Assembly: GCA_045545475.1 (NCBI GenBank)
Contig: JAZQAZ010000023.1
Coordinates: 72,387 to 136,386 of the forward strand
Direction: 5' to 3'
Origin: Clostridia bacterium
GTDB taxonomy: Bacteria > Bacillota > Clostridia > CAKSNL01 > HGM11501
Length of the DNA stretch: 64,000 nucleotides
In this document: piece after piece, positions 50,846 to 60,355 of the stretch
Layout: each line of letters starts with the position of its first letter
Position numbering within the stretch: the stretch's first letter is position 1
The notes under the pieces: generated by a model
Told to the model about the DNA's origin: nothing
Databases searched by the model: none
The model's input: the letters and a program-made list of their open reading frames with translations, nothing else
Made by a program: the position numbers and the translations under genes

Positions 50846-51423
50846 CTAAATACCCCCACTATTTTATCAGTTTTTGCATCAAAATCTTCTTTGGAGAAGA
50901 TAGTATTAACTTTGCCATCTTCATTCAAATATGCTGCACCATCCAAAGAATAATAATTGATGTGTTTTCCATCCCATTTGTTTCTCGTAATGCTGCATTT
51001 TGCCGATGCAATATATTTCTTCGCATCATCAATTGTGCATCCATGATTAAATGCATGGTCATTTAAAGCTTCAAGACCACTAATATCAATCTGCAATGGC
51101 GGAACTCTAATAATTCCAAATTCGCCTATATTTTTTATTTTGATATAAAGTTTATAATCCGTTTCAGTTGCATCAGGAACTCTCTGTTTATAATCCTTAT
51201 AAGTTTCTGCATTTAACTTTTCATATATATGATTTTTTTCTTCTTCCATTATACCACTTTCCCCGATGCTGTCAAGATAGTCGGTGGCTTCGATTAAGAG
51301 TTCTAAGTCCTGTCTGTTGCCGTTCTTCCGCTGCTCAAGACCATATTCGTATGCTTCTACTTCCTTTTCTCCGTCATACTGCAATCCCGTTGTACGGCTC
51401 ACCGCAACTGATATATCCTCCGC
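50842..51423 (-). pseudogene. Orphan toxin C-terminal cassette
   Basis: First ~59 codons near-identical to the junction of the 1015-aa toxin, then a different CT (NDHAFNH..INYYSLDGAAY..TIF); no convincing RBS/start. Confidence 0.8.
51248..51275 (-). promoter_or_regulatory. Intragenic sigma-A promoter at the toxin junction (copy 1)
   Basis: Minus strand TTGACA-16 bp-TATAAT with TG extended -10. Confidence 0.75.
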
Positions 51424-51429
51424 ATTTTG

Positions 51430-51522
51430 AGATTCTTCGGTTTTTGGCGTTTTGCCAAAACGCCTGTACCTCAGAATGACATACGGAAGAACAGCGTCCT
51501 ATTAGTCACGAGGAAGAATCTC
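51430..51522. repeat. GTCATTCTGAG...GAAGAATCTC-type palindromic element
   Basis: Outer inverted repeat GAGATTCTTC/GAAGAATCTC, inner GGCGTTTTG/CAAAACGCC; abuts the orphan cassette. Confidence 0.7.
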
Positions 51523-51556
51523 TATAGGGTTCGACATCTATGGCGAACCGCAAAAC

Positions 51557-51582
51557 AAAAAGGACGCAGGATGCGTCCTTTT
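51557..51582 (-). terminator. Terminator after the toxin-immunity pair
   Basis: AAAAAGGACGCA-gga-TGCGTCCTTTT. Confidence 0.8.
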
Positions 51583-51613
51583 TTGCCATTAAAATCAATT
51601 ATATCTTATTCAA

Positions 51614-51994
51614 CTAATTAATTTTTACTGCAATTGATTTGCACCCCCTCTGTATAGCCTCTTCAAACCAAGAACAGAGCAAATCATATACTGCATATGT
51701 TTCTTTGAAGTCAAATTCTTTAACTTTATAGCTAATTAAATCCTTAGCATATTCATACAGATTTGTAACAAAACCTTCTCCCTCTGTATCGAATGCCCCT
51801 TCACACTGGTTGTAATCTCTTGTAAACCCAATCCAGCCTCTGCCATCATCTGGAGGATTCCCAAATATATCGTCCCAAAACCCGTCCCAAATATGTAAAA
51901 TTTCCATATTAATATCTTTTGCGCATAATATAATTTCGGGTTCACCCTCGTAACCATCATAATACTTATAATTATTCATCTTTCCTGTGTCCAT
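51614..51994 (-). CDS. Cognate immunity protein (putative)
   Basis: Acidic 126 aa; overlaps the toxin 3' end; YYDGYEGEPEI..HIWDG motif. Confidence 0.7.
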   Translation of the reverse strand: MDTGKMNNYKYYDGYEGEPEIILCAKDINMEILHIWDGFWDDIFGNPPDDGRGWIGFTRDYNQCEGAFDTEGEGFVTNLYEYAKDLISYKVKEFDFKETYAVYDLLCSWFEEAIQRGCKSIAVKIN

Positions 51995-54900
51995 TATCTA
52001 ACCACTCCTTTTGCTGTTTTGTCGCTGTTCCGTTATGACGTGCATTTATAGCTTTTCTCCACTCGCTCTTAGCAATCCATAAGTTTTTGCCTACTAATAC
52101 CTCTTTTACTGCACCGCGATGATTTTCACCGTAGCCAATTCCGGGAATCCTTCTTTCCACAACCCAGGAAATGCCTTGTTCCTTCGGTGCTCCCGGAGTT
52201 CTGGTATGCCATCTGCTCGTATATTTATAGCCATCTCTTTCCCATGTGTACTTTATTTGGTTATATCCGTTTTTCTCTTGTATATCATATGTTGCATTTT
52301 CCGGAATTTCAACAGGTGAGCGCTTTGCTATTTCTCTCGCATTTTTCTCCAGATATTCAATACTCGGAATTTCTTTTGACGATTGTCTTTCTTCACCTTT
52401 CATTATACCACTTTCCCCAATGCTGTCAAGATAGTCGGTGGCTTCGATTAAGAGTTCTAAGTCCTGTCCGTTGCCGTTCTTCCGCTGCTCTAAGCCATAT
52501 TCGTATGCCTCTACTTCCTTTTCTCCGTCATACTGCATCCCTTTCGCTTGGCTTGCCGCAACTGATATATCTTCTGCTTTTGCTCCCGCTTTGGCAAATA
52601 TCCTCTCCGTTGCTGACATATTCCTTACCCTTGATGAGGCTTTTGCACTATACGGCTTTCTTACCACATTGGAATAATAATCGCCAAAGGTCATTTTCCC
52701 TGTCATTTCCACTTGCTCTTGCACTTCTGACTTGCCGTTAGTGTTATCGGAATATGTAGTTTTCGCTCCTTCCGGGCTTGTCTGCTGTACGGTTTCCGTT
52801 TCACTTATTCCCAAAAGCCAGTTATATGACTCTGCATCTATGGTGCCTTCCTCAAACATAGTTACCGCAAGCTCTCCGACATCGGCATTTGTGACCTTTT
52901 GCCCGGATTCTGCCTTTTCCACAAGCTTATTCACCTTTTGCCTTGTCTCGGTTTCCTTTGGCATTGACTTTGCGTACTCTATCAATTCATTCGCTTTTCC
53001 GCCTTCGGTTATTGCTTTTCCCACACTTGTGTTGCTGTTGTACTGTATACTTGCATCTGCTCCCCCGAAGAACAAACCTGATACAAAGCCGGATAAAGTT
53101 TCCATTCCTACTTCTCCTGCCATATCAACATATGCCATTCCGCTTGCTTCTTCATAGCTGAATCCTTCGCTCATATAACCTCTGACAAGCTTGTTAAACT
53201 GACTTTCTCCACCCATCGTTACATTGTCTGTAACGATATTGGCAAGACTTGTACAAAATTCTTCCGACGCTTCAATTCCTCCCTGCTTAAGTATGGTCAT
53301 AAATACATCGGTAAGGCTTTCTACAACTTTTGACTTAAAGAGGTTATCTATGCCTATTTTTTCAAATGCCGCTTCAAAAATACCTGCAGATATTCCTTTA
53401 ATCAATATCTGACTGTTGCTTCCTCCATCTATAGCTGTCTTTCGCCCTTCAGAAACCGCCGCATTCATTCCTAGAAATGCAACTCCGGCACCGCCCATCG
53501 GCATAACTGCTGCAGAATCCGCAATACTCATTCCCGTGTTGTACACAAAATTCCAAAAGGGATTTTCTATGTTTTCGCTTGTTGTTCCTCTGACAGCCTC
53601 GGAAGTGTACTGTGATTTAAAGCCAAGAGCGTAAGGATCAAAACGCTCTTCGCCCACCGATTCGGTTAAAAATGTGCCAAATGCTTTAGGTGCATTTACC
53701 AGATTAGAAACAACTGTTTCGGCGTTGGCCCCAAAAGGATTCTTTATAGCTTTTTCACGTGCTTTTTCGGTTTCTTTTTCGTATATCCGCTTGTTTAGTT
53801 CAGGTTCTAATGCCCTTAAATATAACGTACATTTCGAATATCCTCCGGTATTTTCTTTTGGACTTAGCAAAGCATAATAACGGAATATATTTTTCTCCTC
53901 TTCTGTCATTTCTGCTATTCTTTCAGCCCATTCTTCATAATAGGACGTATCAGTAGAATAAGATGCTAACGATACATCAGCAATTACATTGTTTATGTCT
54001 GCATGTCCGTTAATTATATCAAGAACCCATACATCATCAGGTGTGCCGAAATAACTACCGCTGTCCATAAGTCTTTTACGCTTATCTGCTATTATCCTTA
54101 GGTAAGCGGGGTCTTCTTTTGCCGGAGTTTCAAACTCTGCAATAAATTCCCTCTGCTTTGCTTCGTCTGCCAAGCCCTTCCAATAGTTCTGCTCTTCCGA
54201 AAAGCTTCTTGCTGCATTGAGCCTGGCCTGAACTGTCCCTGCACTGACACCCAATTTCACAGAATTAGGTGTAGCAATTCCATTCCCGGAATAATGCCGT
54301 ACATATCTCCACGCCTCATCCGCCTTCTCTCCGGCATTATCTGCTTTCCACCTAAGCACTTTTTCGTTTGATGTTTCATATCCTTTACCTTTGAGATATT
54401 CATACTCCTCCAGAAGGTCTGTATTGCCCGTAACGGCATATTCCTCCCACAGTTTGCTTGATGCGTTTCTGTAGCCCTCATGGTTCAAACCCGCATACTT
54501 TTCCTCAAATCCCTTTTCCGATGGGATGTATGTAATATCCTGTTCTTTTTTTGTTTCTTTCTGCGTTTTTTCTTTGTCTTCCGCTTTCTTTTTCTCCACA
54601 AAATACCCCATAGATTTATTAGCTGAAAGCGGCTCATTAAAATTCACCGGAGAATGACTTGTTGTTTTGTTATCAAACTTTGTTACCGTCCCGGAAGCCT
54701 TAGTTTTTATGACCTTTTCATCTGCATTTTTTTCCTTAGTAACAGGAACATTAAATACATCGGAGTATGACCTTTTCCACGGAGATTTTTCTTCTGCAGT
54801 TTCCTTTTCCTCCGTATTTACAGAAGTGGCATTTGTCTTTCTTCTTTTAGCACCTTCCTCATACCATAAAGCGTTGTTTTTTCCCGAGGAAAAGGAAGAC

Positions 54901-54995
54901 TCCTTATTCTCCGACGCCTCCTTTTCATACGAAGAATTGCTTTTTCGTCTTTTGTACCCTTCCGTATAATCCTCTGTTCTGACTTTTATACCCAT
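51972..54995 (-). CDS. Large polymorphic toxin (ejection/internal-virion-like body + Ntox30-like RNase CT)
   Basis: Ala/Gly-rich hydrophobic middle (EASEEF..), junction shared with the orphan cassette, CT with RWHTRTPGAP and a terminal His; start 54995 by GGAGGGG RBS (ORF track 55019). Confidence 0.75.
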   Translation of the reverse strand: MGIKVRTEDYTEGYKRRKSNSSYEKEASENKESSFSSGKNNALWYEEGAKRRKTNATSVNTEEKETAEEKSPWKRSYSDVFNVPVTKEKNADEKVIKTKASGTVTKFDNKTTSHSPVNFNEPLSANKSMGYFVEKKKAEDKEKTQKETKKEQDITYIPSEKGFEEKYAGLNHEGYRNASSKLWEEYAVTGNTDLLEEYEYLKGKGYETSNEKVLRWKADNAGEKADEAWRYVRHYSGNGIATPNSVKLGVSAGTVQARLNAARSFSEEQNYWKGLADEAKQREFIAEFETPAKEDPAYLRIIADKRKRLMDSGSYFGTPDDVWVLDIINGHADINNVIADVSLASYSTDTSYYEEWAERIAEMTEEEKNIFRYYALLSPKENTGGYSKCTLYLRALEPELNKRIYEKETEKAREKAIKNPFGANAETVVSNLVNAPKAFGTFLTESVGEERFDPYALGFKSQYTSEAVRGTTSENIENPFWNFVYNTGMSIADSAAVMPMGGAGVAFLGMNAAVSEGRKTAIDGGSNSQILIKGISAGIFEAAFEKIGIDNLFKSKVVESLTDVFMTILKQGGIEASEEFCTSLANIVTDNVTMGGESQFNKLVRGYMSEGFSYEEASGMAYVDMAGEVGMETLSGFVSGLFFGGADASIQYNSNTSVGKAITEGGKANELIEYAKSMPKETETRQKVNKLVEKAESGQKVTNADVGELAVTMFEEGTIDAESYNWLLGISETETVQQTSPEGAKTTYSDNTNGKSEVQEQVEMTGKMTFGDYYSNVVRKPYSAKASSRVRNMSATERIFAKAGAKAEDISVAASQAKGMQYDGEKEVEAYEYGLEQRKNGNGQDLELLIEATDYLDSIGESGIMKGEERQSSKEIPSIEYLEKNAREIAKRSPVEIPENATYDIQEKNGYNQIKYTWERDGYKYTSRWHTRTPGAPKEQGISWVVERRIPGIGYGENHRGAVKEVLVGKNLWIAKSEWRKAINARHNGTATKQQKEWLDNGHRKDE
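52402..52429 (-). promoter_or_regulatory. Intragenic sigma-A promoter at the toxin junction (copy 2)
   Basis: Minus strand TTGACA-16 bp-TATAAT with TG extended -10. Confidence 0.75.
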
Positions 54996-55035
54996 ATTAA
55001 GAAATTCCCCTCCTTGCATAGCTTAAGCTTTATTC

Positions 55036-56565
55036 TTAATAGTCAAACAGAGAAACTCCGGTATCCTTTTGTATCCATTCGTTTTTACTGTCGTTATATT
55101 GAAATCCGTAATCCGCAAGAATATCTATGTATTTATTGGAAAGTGCCCTGCCACTCTGATTGGATATGATAACGGCACTCATTGCCGCACTCAAGTCACC
55201 GGTTTCCTCTCCGCTGTAAGTTTTTGTTATAGCTGTACCGTCATAATAAAGTGTGCCGTTTTCATAGTCATAGCCATTATTTATAAGAAGCAGTATATCA
55301 TCCTCCTCAAGTTCGTTTCCTGCAAGATAATTTGTCATCGCTCTGTCATAAGGAGTACTTCCGCCCCAGCGATAATAGCCTTTTTCATCAAATATCATGC
55401 CCGATAGATCGTCATAATCATATCCGTATTCCTGAAGCACAAGCTGATTTTCCGGTTCCATCTCGTCCCATCCGTTGCTCTCATAGTCATTATACGCAAG
55501 CTGTAATTCATCATACTGCATATATGACTTTTCCACTATTTTGCCATCCTTGTAAAGGAGCCCGTTTTTAAATACATATTCTCCGCTATCTTCAATACGC
55601 ATCTTTTCCGAAGCGGTCAATTCTTCTCCCGCCTTATATCTGGCGACAAGCTCGTCTGTTGACTCTTCTCCTCTCCATGGATACTCTGCACCACCCTTTT
55701 CCAGTCTGCCTGTTTCTGCATTGTATCTGAACCCATTGGCATTAAGAATATCCTTGTCTTCTTCGCTTATATTCTCCCAGCCATATGCATCATAATTGTC
55801 ATATGCAGAAGTAAATCCCCTGTTTTCGCTGGCCAGTTCTCCTTCCGGTCCATACACACTTCCGTCTGCAATCCAGTATTCTCCGCTTGAATAAAGTGTC
55901 TCTCTTTCATCGGATGTAAGAGAATCCGCCCCGTAATCCTGTGCTTTTTGCAAAATGGAATTAAGTTCCCCTTCTTCCCATTTATCCTCTTCATCCATTT
56001 CCGCAATTTGAAAATTCCTTTCAAGCTCGTCCTGGTATTTATCATACGCAAGCTGTTCAAGTTCCGGAATGACGTCATTAAGTTCCTCCATATAGTCGTT
56101 ATAGCTTTCGGCTCCTGCGGCCACAGCGTAGCTTCCGGCAATGCCGCCTGTTTGTGCGGCAGTTTTGGCAATAGTATCTGTCATTGCCGACTTTCCGTTT
56201 CTCTTGGCTGATTCGAGATATTGCTGATATAAGGGATCTTCGTTTAAGTCATATTCAAATTCCATCGTTCTGTAGTTTTCTTCGCCCTTGGTGGTATTGC
56301 TCTTGTCACGATTCCCTGCATGGGCGTACGCTGCACTGTCCTCTCCCTCACCGGAAACTCTCATCTTTCCGTCGGTGTCATAATACACTTCGCCATTAGC
56401 TTTCTCTTTATTATTATTTTCGGTATCGCCTGCTGCTTTTTTCACAGTAGAGCTGGCCTTATTAAAAATATCATTTATATTTTTGTCTTTGAAAAGCTTT
56501 TCTTCTTCATCCTTTTCCTTATTTTTTACGTTTTCATAAACAGTCTTAATATTTCCGTATGCCAT
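55036..56565 (-). CDS. Putative phage internal virion protein with acidic C-terminal repeats
   Basis: FEYD...DPLYQQY...AMTDT...TGG..SYA..A motif; lies between portal and toxin. Confidence 0.55.
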   Translation of the reverse strand: MAYGNIKTVYENVKNKEKDEEEKLFKDKNINDIFNKASSTVKKAAGDTENNNKEKANGEVYYDTDGKMRVSGEGEDSAAYAHAGNRDKSNTTKGEENYRTMEFEYDLNEDPLYQQYLESAKRNGKSAMTDTIAKTAAQTGGIAGSYAVAAGAESYNDYMEELNDVIPELEQLAYDKYQDELERNFQIAEMDEEDKWEEGELNSILQKAQDYGADSLTSDERETLYSSGEYWIADGSVYGPEGELASENRGFTSAYDNYDAYGWENISEEDKDILNANGFRYNAETGRLEKGGAEYPWRGEESTDELVARYKAGEELTASEKMRIEDSGEYVFKNGLLYKDGKIVEKSYMQYDELQLAYNDYESNGWDEMEPENQLVLQEYGYDYDDLSGMIFDEKGYYRWGGSTPYDRAMTNYLAGNELEEDDILLLINNGYDYENGTLYYDGTAITKTYSGEETGDLSAAMSAVIISNQSGRALSNKYIDILADYGFQYNDSKNEWIQKDTGVSLFDY

Positions 56566-56568
56566 ACT

Positions 56569-58446
56569 TTAATCCCCCTTTATATTATTGGCTCTTTCCA
56601 CCAAAGCTTTACCGTAATCATTAAGTGCAGCTTTTTCAGCACCTTCTGAAGCAACTTTGACAGGATTTCCATTATTTGCGCTTCCACCCTTAAAAGAAAC
56701 GGGCGTTTGAGAAAACGCTTGAGTTTTCGCCGTGTTATCCGCCACCTTTACCGTTCCTGCTTTACCTGTACGAAGCTGAGCAATAAATCCTGTAAGCTGT
56801 TTTATTTCTGTCTCAAGCTTTTTTATTTTTTCGTTAAACGTCTGGCCTTCGGATATTTTTGCCATAATTTCATTCTTTCCCTCGAAATCCATCATAGAAA
56901 GCATTATTGTTGCCTGCTGGGCATTGTTTGGATTAAAAATTCCCATTTTATATAAGTTTCCTGCAGTTTCATTCTGGCTGAGCTTTGAATAGGGATTTGT
57001 TTTTTGTGCCTTTACACTTATGTCAAAAACAGGCTGTCTTTTAAGTACAGTGCCATCTGCATCTGTCATTACATTCCCTTCGCCGTCCCTTATCTCCTGA
57101 AGAGCAATTCCCTTATTGGAATAGGACACGAACTTTTCTCCTTCATTTGGTTTCACAATTCGGAATGTTCGCTCAGTGGTGTAGAACTGCCTTATAAGCT
57201 CAATTACCATTCTCACAACCTTAACATAAGCACGATAACTGGTTTTAATTGCGTCACGGCTGGTTTTGTTTCCGGCCTCTTGTAGTGTTGCGATGGCCGC
57301 ACCGCTTGTTACGCCGGAAAGCATTCCACCCGAATTAACATCTCTGTTTCCAATGGTTTCCTTAAGCTCGCCGATCTTTCTTTCCAGAAGCTTATTATAA
57401 ATTCCGTTTACGGGATTTAAGTTTATCTGCTGAAATCTTTCTTCTGTTATATCCCCTGCAACCGATACAAAAGGCTTCGACCAGTCAGCAAACTCAGATT
57501 CATTTATTCCCACATCTTTTTTCTTGAACCATCTGGGGTTAGTTGCTTTTTTTGTGTAATTCATCAAAAGAGCATCCAGACAGTCGATATAGCTCTGCGT
57601 ATCCTTTGTCACGCTTATAACGCCATAGCCTGTTGCCTGATCCTCTTCAGGATAAAGAGTGTCAAATACGACCGGATACATGCCGTGATCGTAATATCCA
57701 CGCTCCTTATATGACGAATCTTCCTCCGACGAATAAAGAAGAGTTTCCCCGGTAAACTTGCAGTAATGCAAAACTTTCTTTCCGTTTATGTTCTTCTTAT
57801 AGTACCAGTCCACAACCAGGCTTTGATTGCTTCTGTCCACATTATCGTCCTTTTCATACTCGGTAAGGTTAACCCTTTCTCCTGTTATCTCAGCATCAGG
57901 ATATTCTTCCTTAAGCGTTTCCGTGTCTACTGCCGCACATATAAATAAATTAGAACTGCTTTGTATATCCGCCGCAGTAGGATCCCAGAAAACACGGAGC
58001 AAATCAATGTTCTTTACAGATATATCTCCAATCCCTCCATCTGCCATTGGATCCCAGAATACTCCGTAACAGCTGGTGCCGTGTTTGAGCTTATACCAGA
58101 GTGCGGATGAATATGTATCCTCAAAATCCGAACGCTCCAGTATGGCAGGGACAATATCACTAAGCAGCAATGCTTCTTCCTTGTCCGACTGCTCTCTGGG
58201 TAAAAATGCAGGAATAGGATAGTTATCCATCATATCCGCATGCTTATTTACTACGGCGTTCCACATATAGGCAGAGCTTGAAGGCATAATCCCTGTTTCT
58301 TCATCCTTTTCTCGCCACATCTGCAGACGCCAGGCTTTTTCTTCTTCAACTATTCTTGCTTCAAGATTAGCCTTTCCTTGTTTATATCGTTCCAAAATAC
58401 CCTTTGCCACAGATATTTTTTCATTCATTTTCGTTTTTTTCTGCAT
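56569..58446 (-). CDS. Phage portal protein (podovirus-like)
   Basis: 625 aa directly after TerL; GVFWDP, HGMYPVVFD, SGAAIATLQEAG. Confidence 0.8.
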   Translation of the reverse strand: MQKKTKMNEKISVAKGILERYKQGKANLEARIVEEEKAWRLQMWREKDEETGIMPSSSAYMWNAVVNKHADMMDNYPIPAFLPREQSDKEEALLLSDIVPAILERSDFEDTYSSALWYKLKHGTSCYGVFWDPMADGGIGDISVKNIDLLRVFWDPTAADIQSSSNLFICAAVDTETLKEEYPDAEITGERVNLTEYEKDDNVDRSNQSLVVDWYYKKNINGKKVLHYCKFTGETLLYSSEEDSSYKERGYYDHGMYPVVFDTLYPEEDQATGYGVISVTKDTQSYIDCLDALLMNYTKKATNPRWFKKKDVGINESEFADWSKPFVSVAGDITEERFQQINLNPVNGIYNKLLERKIGELKETIGNRDVNSGGMLSGVTSGAAIATLQEAGNKTSRDAIKTSYRAYVKVVRMVIELIRQFYTTERTFRIVKPNEGEKFVSYSNKGIALQEIRDGEGNVMTDADGTVLKRQPVFDISVKAQKTNPYSKLSQNETAGNLYKMGIFNPNNAQQATIMLSMMDFEGKNEIMAKISEGQTFNEKIKKLETEIKQLTGFIAQLRTGKAGTVKVADNTAKTQAFSQTPVSFKGGSANNGNPVKVASEGAEKAALNDYGKALVERANNIKGD

Positions 58447-58469
58447 AAAGCTCCTTTCTGCAATTATGC

Positions 58470-59885
58470 TTAATTATATTTTTTCATAAAAAAATTATAC
58501 TGACCTATTTTGCGGTTATCGGAAAGCGGATCAAACATTTTCACCTCCGCACAGGTCCCCGAAACGGGAGCGATGGGGTGTGCCATGCACATATAGCGCA
58601 CCTCATCGGCTATGTGATCTTCGCCTTCCGTATCCAGATCTTCCGGATTGTTTTTAGAAAATACCAATGACGGCATCGTTCTTATAAATCCTTCGCAGTT
58701 TGAAAACACATACATCATCGGAATATTGTTTTCGTCAAACTGCATTCTGTAATGCACCTGCATCCATCCGGGAAGACGGTTGTTGTCTCCCTTATCAAAA
58801 TAAACTCCAAAGCTTTCTGCCACATCGGCAACGCTTGTTCCTCTCGATTTATCCCAAATGGATGGATCTGCAACTCCGAAGATATCCTTCCCTTTTAGCC
58901 AGGGGTGGCTTTTTTCCGTTTCAGAAACTCTTGCGAATATCTTTTCCGGAGTCCACTTAACACCGGTATTGGCCATAACTGCTCCGCTGCTGTCCTTTGC
59001 ACAACCATAAAGTTCCATTATGCGATATAATCTGCCGTCATAGTCAATCGCCCACCATCCCACAGAAAACGGACGGGCATATCCAAAGTCAAAACTTCTG
59101 TATATCGTCCATTCCAGAGGAGGTGTAAACGGTGTAATAATGTGCGTTCCTTTCCTGTCATCGTAATGCATCGGAACATTTTTGAATTCGGAGAAAAACT
59201 GACCGTCAAAAATATCCCATTCTCCGTATAAGAGGGCCTTTTTTTCATGCAGCGGCAAGCTCTCAAGTCTTTTTATGTAGCCTGGATCATTTTCCATAAG
59301 AAATTTGTTTTCCGTAACCGTTGCCGGAATAAAAAGAAAACTTGTCCCATCACGCTCAAATCTTTCTCCCGGGTTTTCCGGAGTTATAAACATTTCTTTT
59401 ACCCACCCATGCCCTCTTCCTCCCGGGTTGGTAGATGATTTAATCTGCTTAGGAAACTTATTTGCTCCTCTTAGTCTGCTTCGCATATATTTATATTGAT
59501 ATTCTGTAAAATGCGTAAGCTCGTCAAAACGTATAATGTCATACTCCGCCGACTGATAGCCTGAAACATCCGAGTCGGAAGCGAGGAATCCAAACTCTAT
59601 AAGAGAGCCATTTACAAAGTTCATTTTATGGCCCACCGAAGAATAGGAATAAAGTTCTTTCGGAAGTATAGCCTGGGCAGTAAGTATAATAGAACGGTTA
59701 AGTTCTGGGTAAGAATTACGGAAAATTATCTGCTTTATGCCGGGATACTTAAGTGCCTTAAGAAAAGCATCAATAATCTGCCCGTAACTCTTTCCTCCAC
59801 CTGCGGCTCCGCCATACAAAACTTCGTCCTCCTCAGCATTAATAAACGCCTGCTGTTTTCGGGTTATTCTGTATTCTATTTTCAT
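58470..59885 (-). CDS. Phage terminase large subunit
   Basis: Walker A LYGGAAGGGKS, Walker B FDELTHF, STNPGG.GHGWVK, nuclease DFGY..EDHIADEVRY. Confidence 0.93.
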   Translation of the reverse strand: MKIEYRITRKQQAFINAEEDEVLYGGAAGGGKSYGQIIDAFLKALKYPGIKQIIFRNSYPELNRSIILTAQAILPKELYSYSSVGHKMNFVNGSLIEFGFLASDSDVSGYQSAEYDIIRFDELTHFTEYQYKYMRSRLRGANKFPKQIKSSTNPGGRGHGWVKEMFITPENPGERFERDGTSFLFIPATVTENKFLMENDPGYIKRLESLPLHEKKALLYGEWDIFDGQFFSEFKNVPMHYDDRKGTHIITPFTPPLEWTIYRSFDFGYARPFSVGWWAIDYDGRLYRIMELYGCAKDSSGAVMANTGVKWTPEKIFARVSETEKSHPWLKGKDIFGVADPSIWDKSRGTSVADVAESFGVYFDKGDNNRLPGWMQVHYRMQFDENNIPMMYVFSNCEGFIRTMPSLVFSKNNPEDLDTEGEDHIADEVRYMCMAHPIAPVSGTCAEVKMFDPLSDNRKIGQYNFFMKKYN

Positions 59886-60045
59886 CTTGGCTCCGCTCCC
59901 CGCTGTTCTCGTCGCTTTCCTTCGGTCGCTCCTCCCTCGCTCAAGGCTCCGCCATACAAAACTTCGTCCTCCTCGGCATTAATAAACGCCTGCTGTTTTC
60001 GGGTTATTCTGTATTCTATTTTCATCTTGGCTCCGCTCCCCGCTG
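59805..60045. repeat. 140-bp-period duplication of the terL 5' end around a GC-rich mini-element
   Basis: 59805..59905 is nearly identical to 59945..60045; spacer TTCTCGTCGCTTTCCTTCGGTCGCTCCTCCCTCGCTCAA. Confidence 0.9.
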
Positions 60046-60057
60046 CTATCACATGTT

Positions 60058-60336
60058 TTATTCTTCCTTGCCCGATAGACTGTTTATCTTTGCCGCTACA
60101 AGAGCTTTCTGTCCAAGGGACTGTTCAATTATCTTTGCATATTTTCTCTTTATTTTAACCTGCTTACCTCTGGGAACAACCATTGCTGTACCATTTAAAA
60201 TAACTACAATATCATCCTTATATCTGCCGTCGTCCTTATGAAGTGTAATTTCAACTTCTTCATTAAGGTAATCGTTTTCTTTTGTTTCTAAAATTTCTTC
60301 TGTTGCCTTTGTTGTTTCTTTTTTATTTGTTGCCAT
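60058..60336 (-). CDS. Small phage protein downstream of the major capsid gene
   Basis: L.KD..RYKDD.VV.LNG....V.RG..V motif; AAGGAG RBS. Confidence 0.7.
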   Translation of the reverse strand: MATNKKETTKATEEILETKENDYLNEEVEITLHKDDGRYKDDIVVILNGTAMVVPRGKQVKIKRKYAKIIEQSLGQKALVAAKINSLSGKEE

Positions 60337-60355
60337 AATAAAACGCTCCTTTTCT

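Noticed and set aside
51247-52577. Diversity-generating retroelement TR/VR pair
   Set aside because: No reverse transcriptase in the window; the mismatches are not adenine-specific, and the repeat precedes rather than forms the variable tip.
59886-59945. Intron or intein in terL or the holin
   Set aside because: The downstream gene copies are intact from their own ATG, and the inserts are too short for group I/II introns.
59628-60158. Plus-strand ORFs over the terL and holin duplications (also 63220..63456)
   Set aside because: Antisense shadows of the duplicated gene starts.
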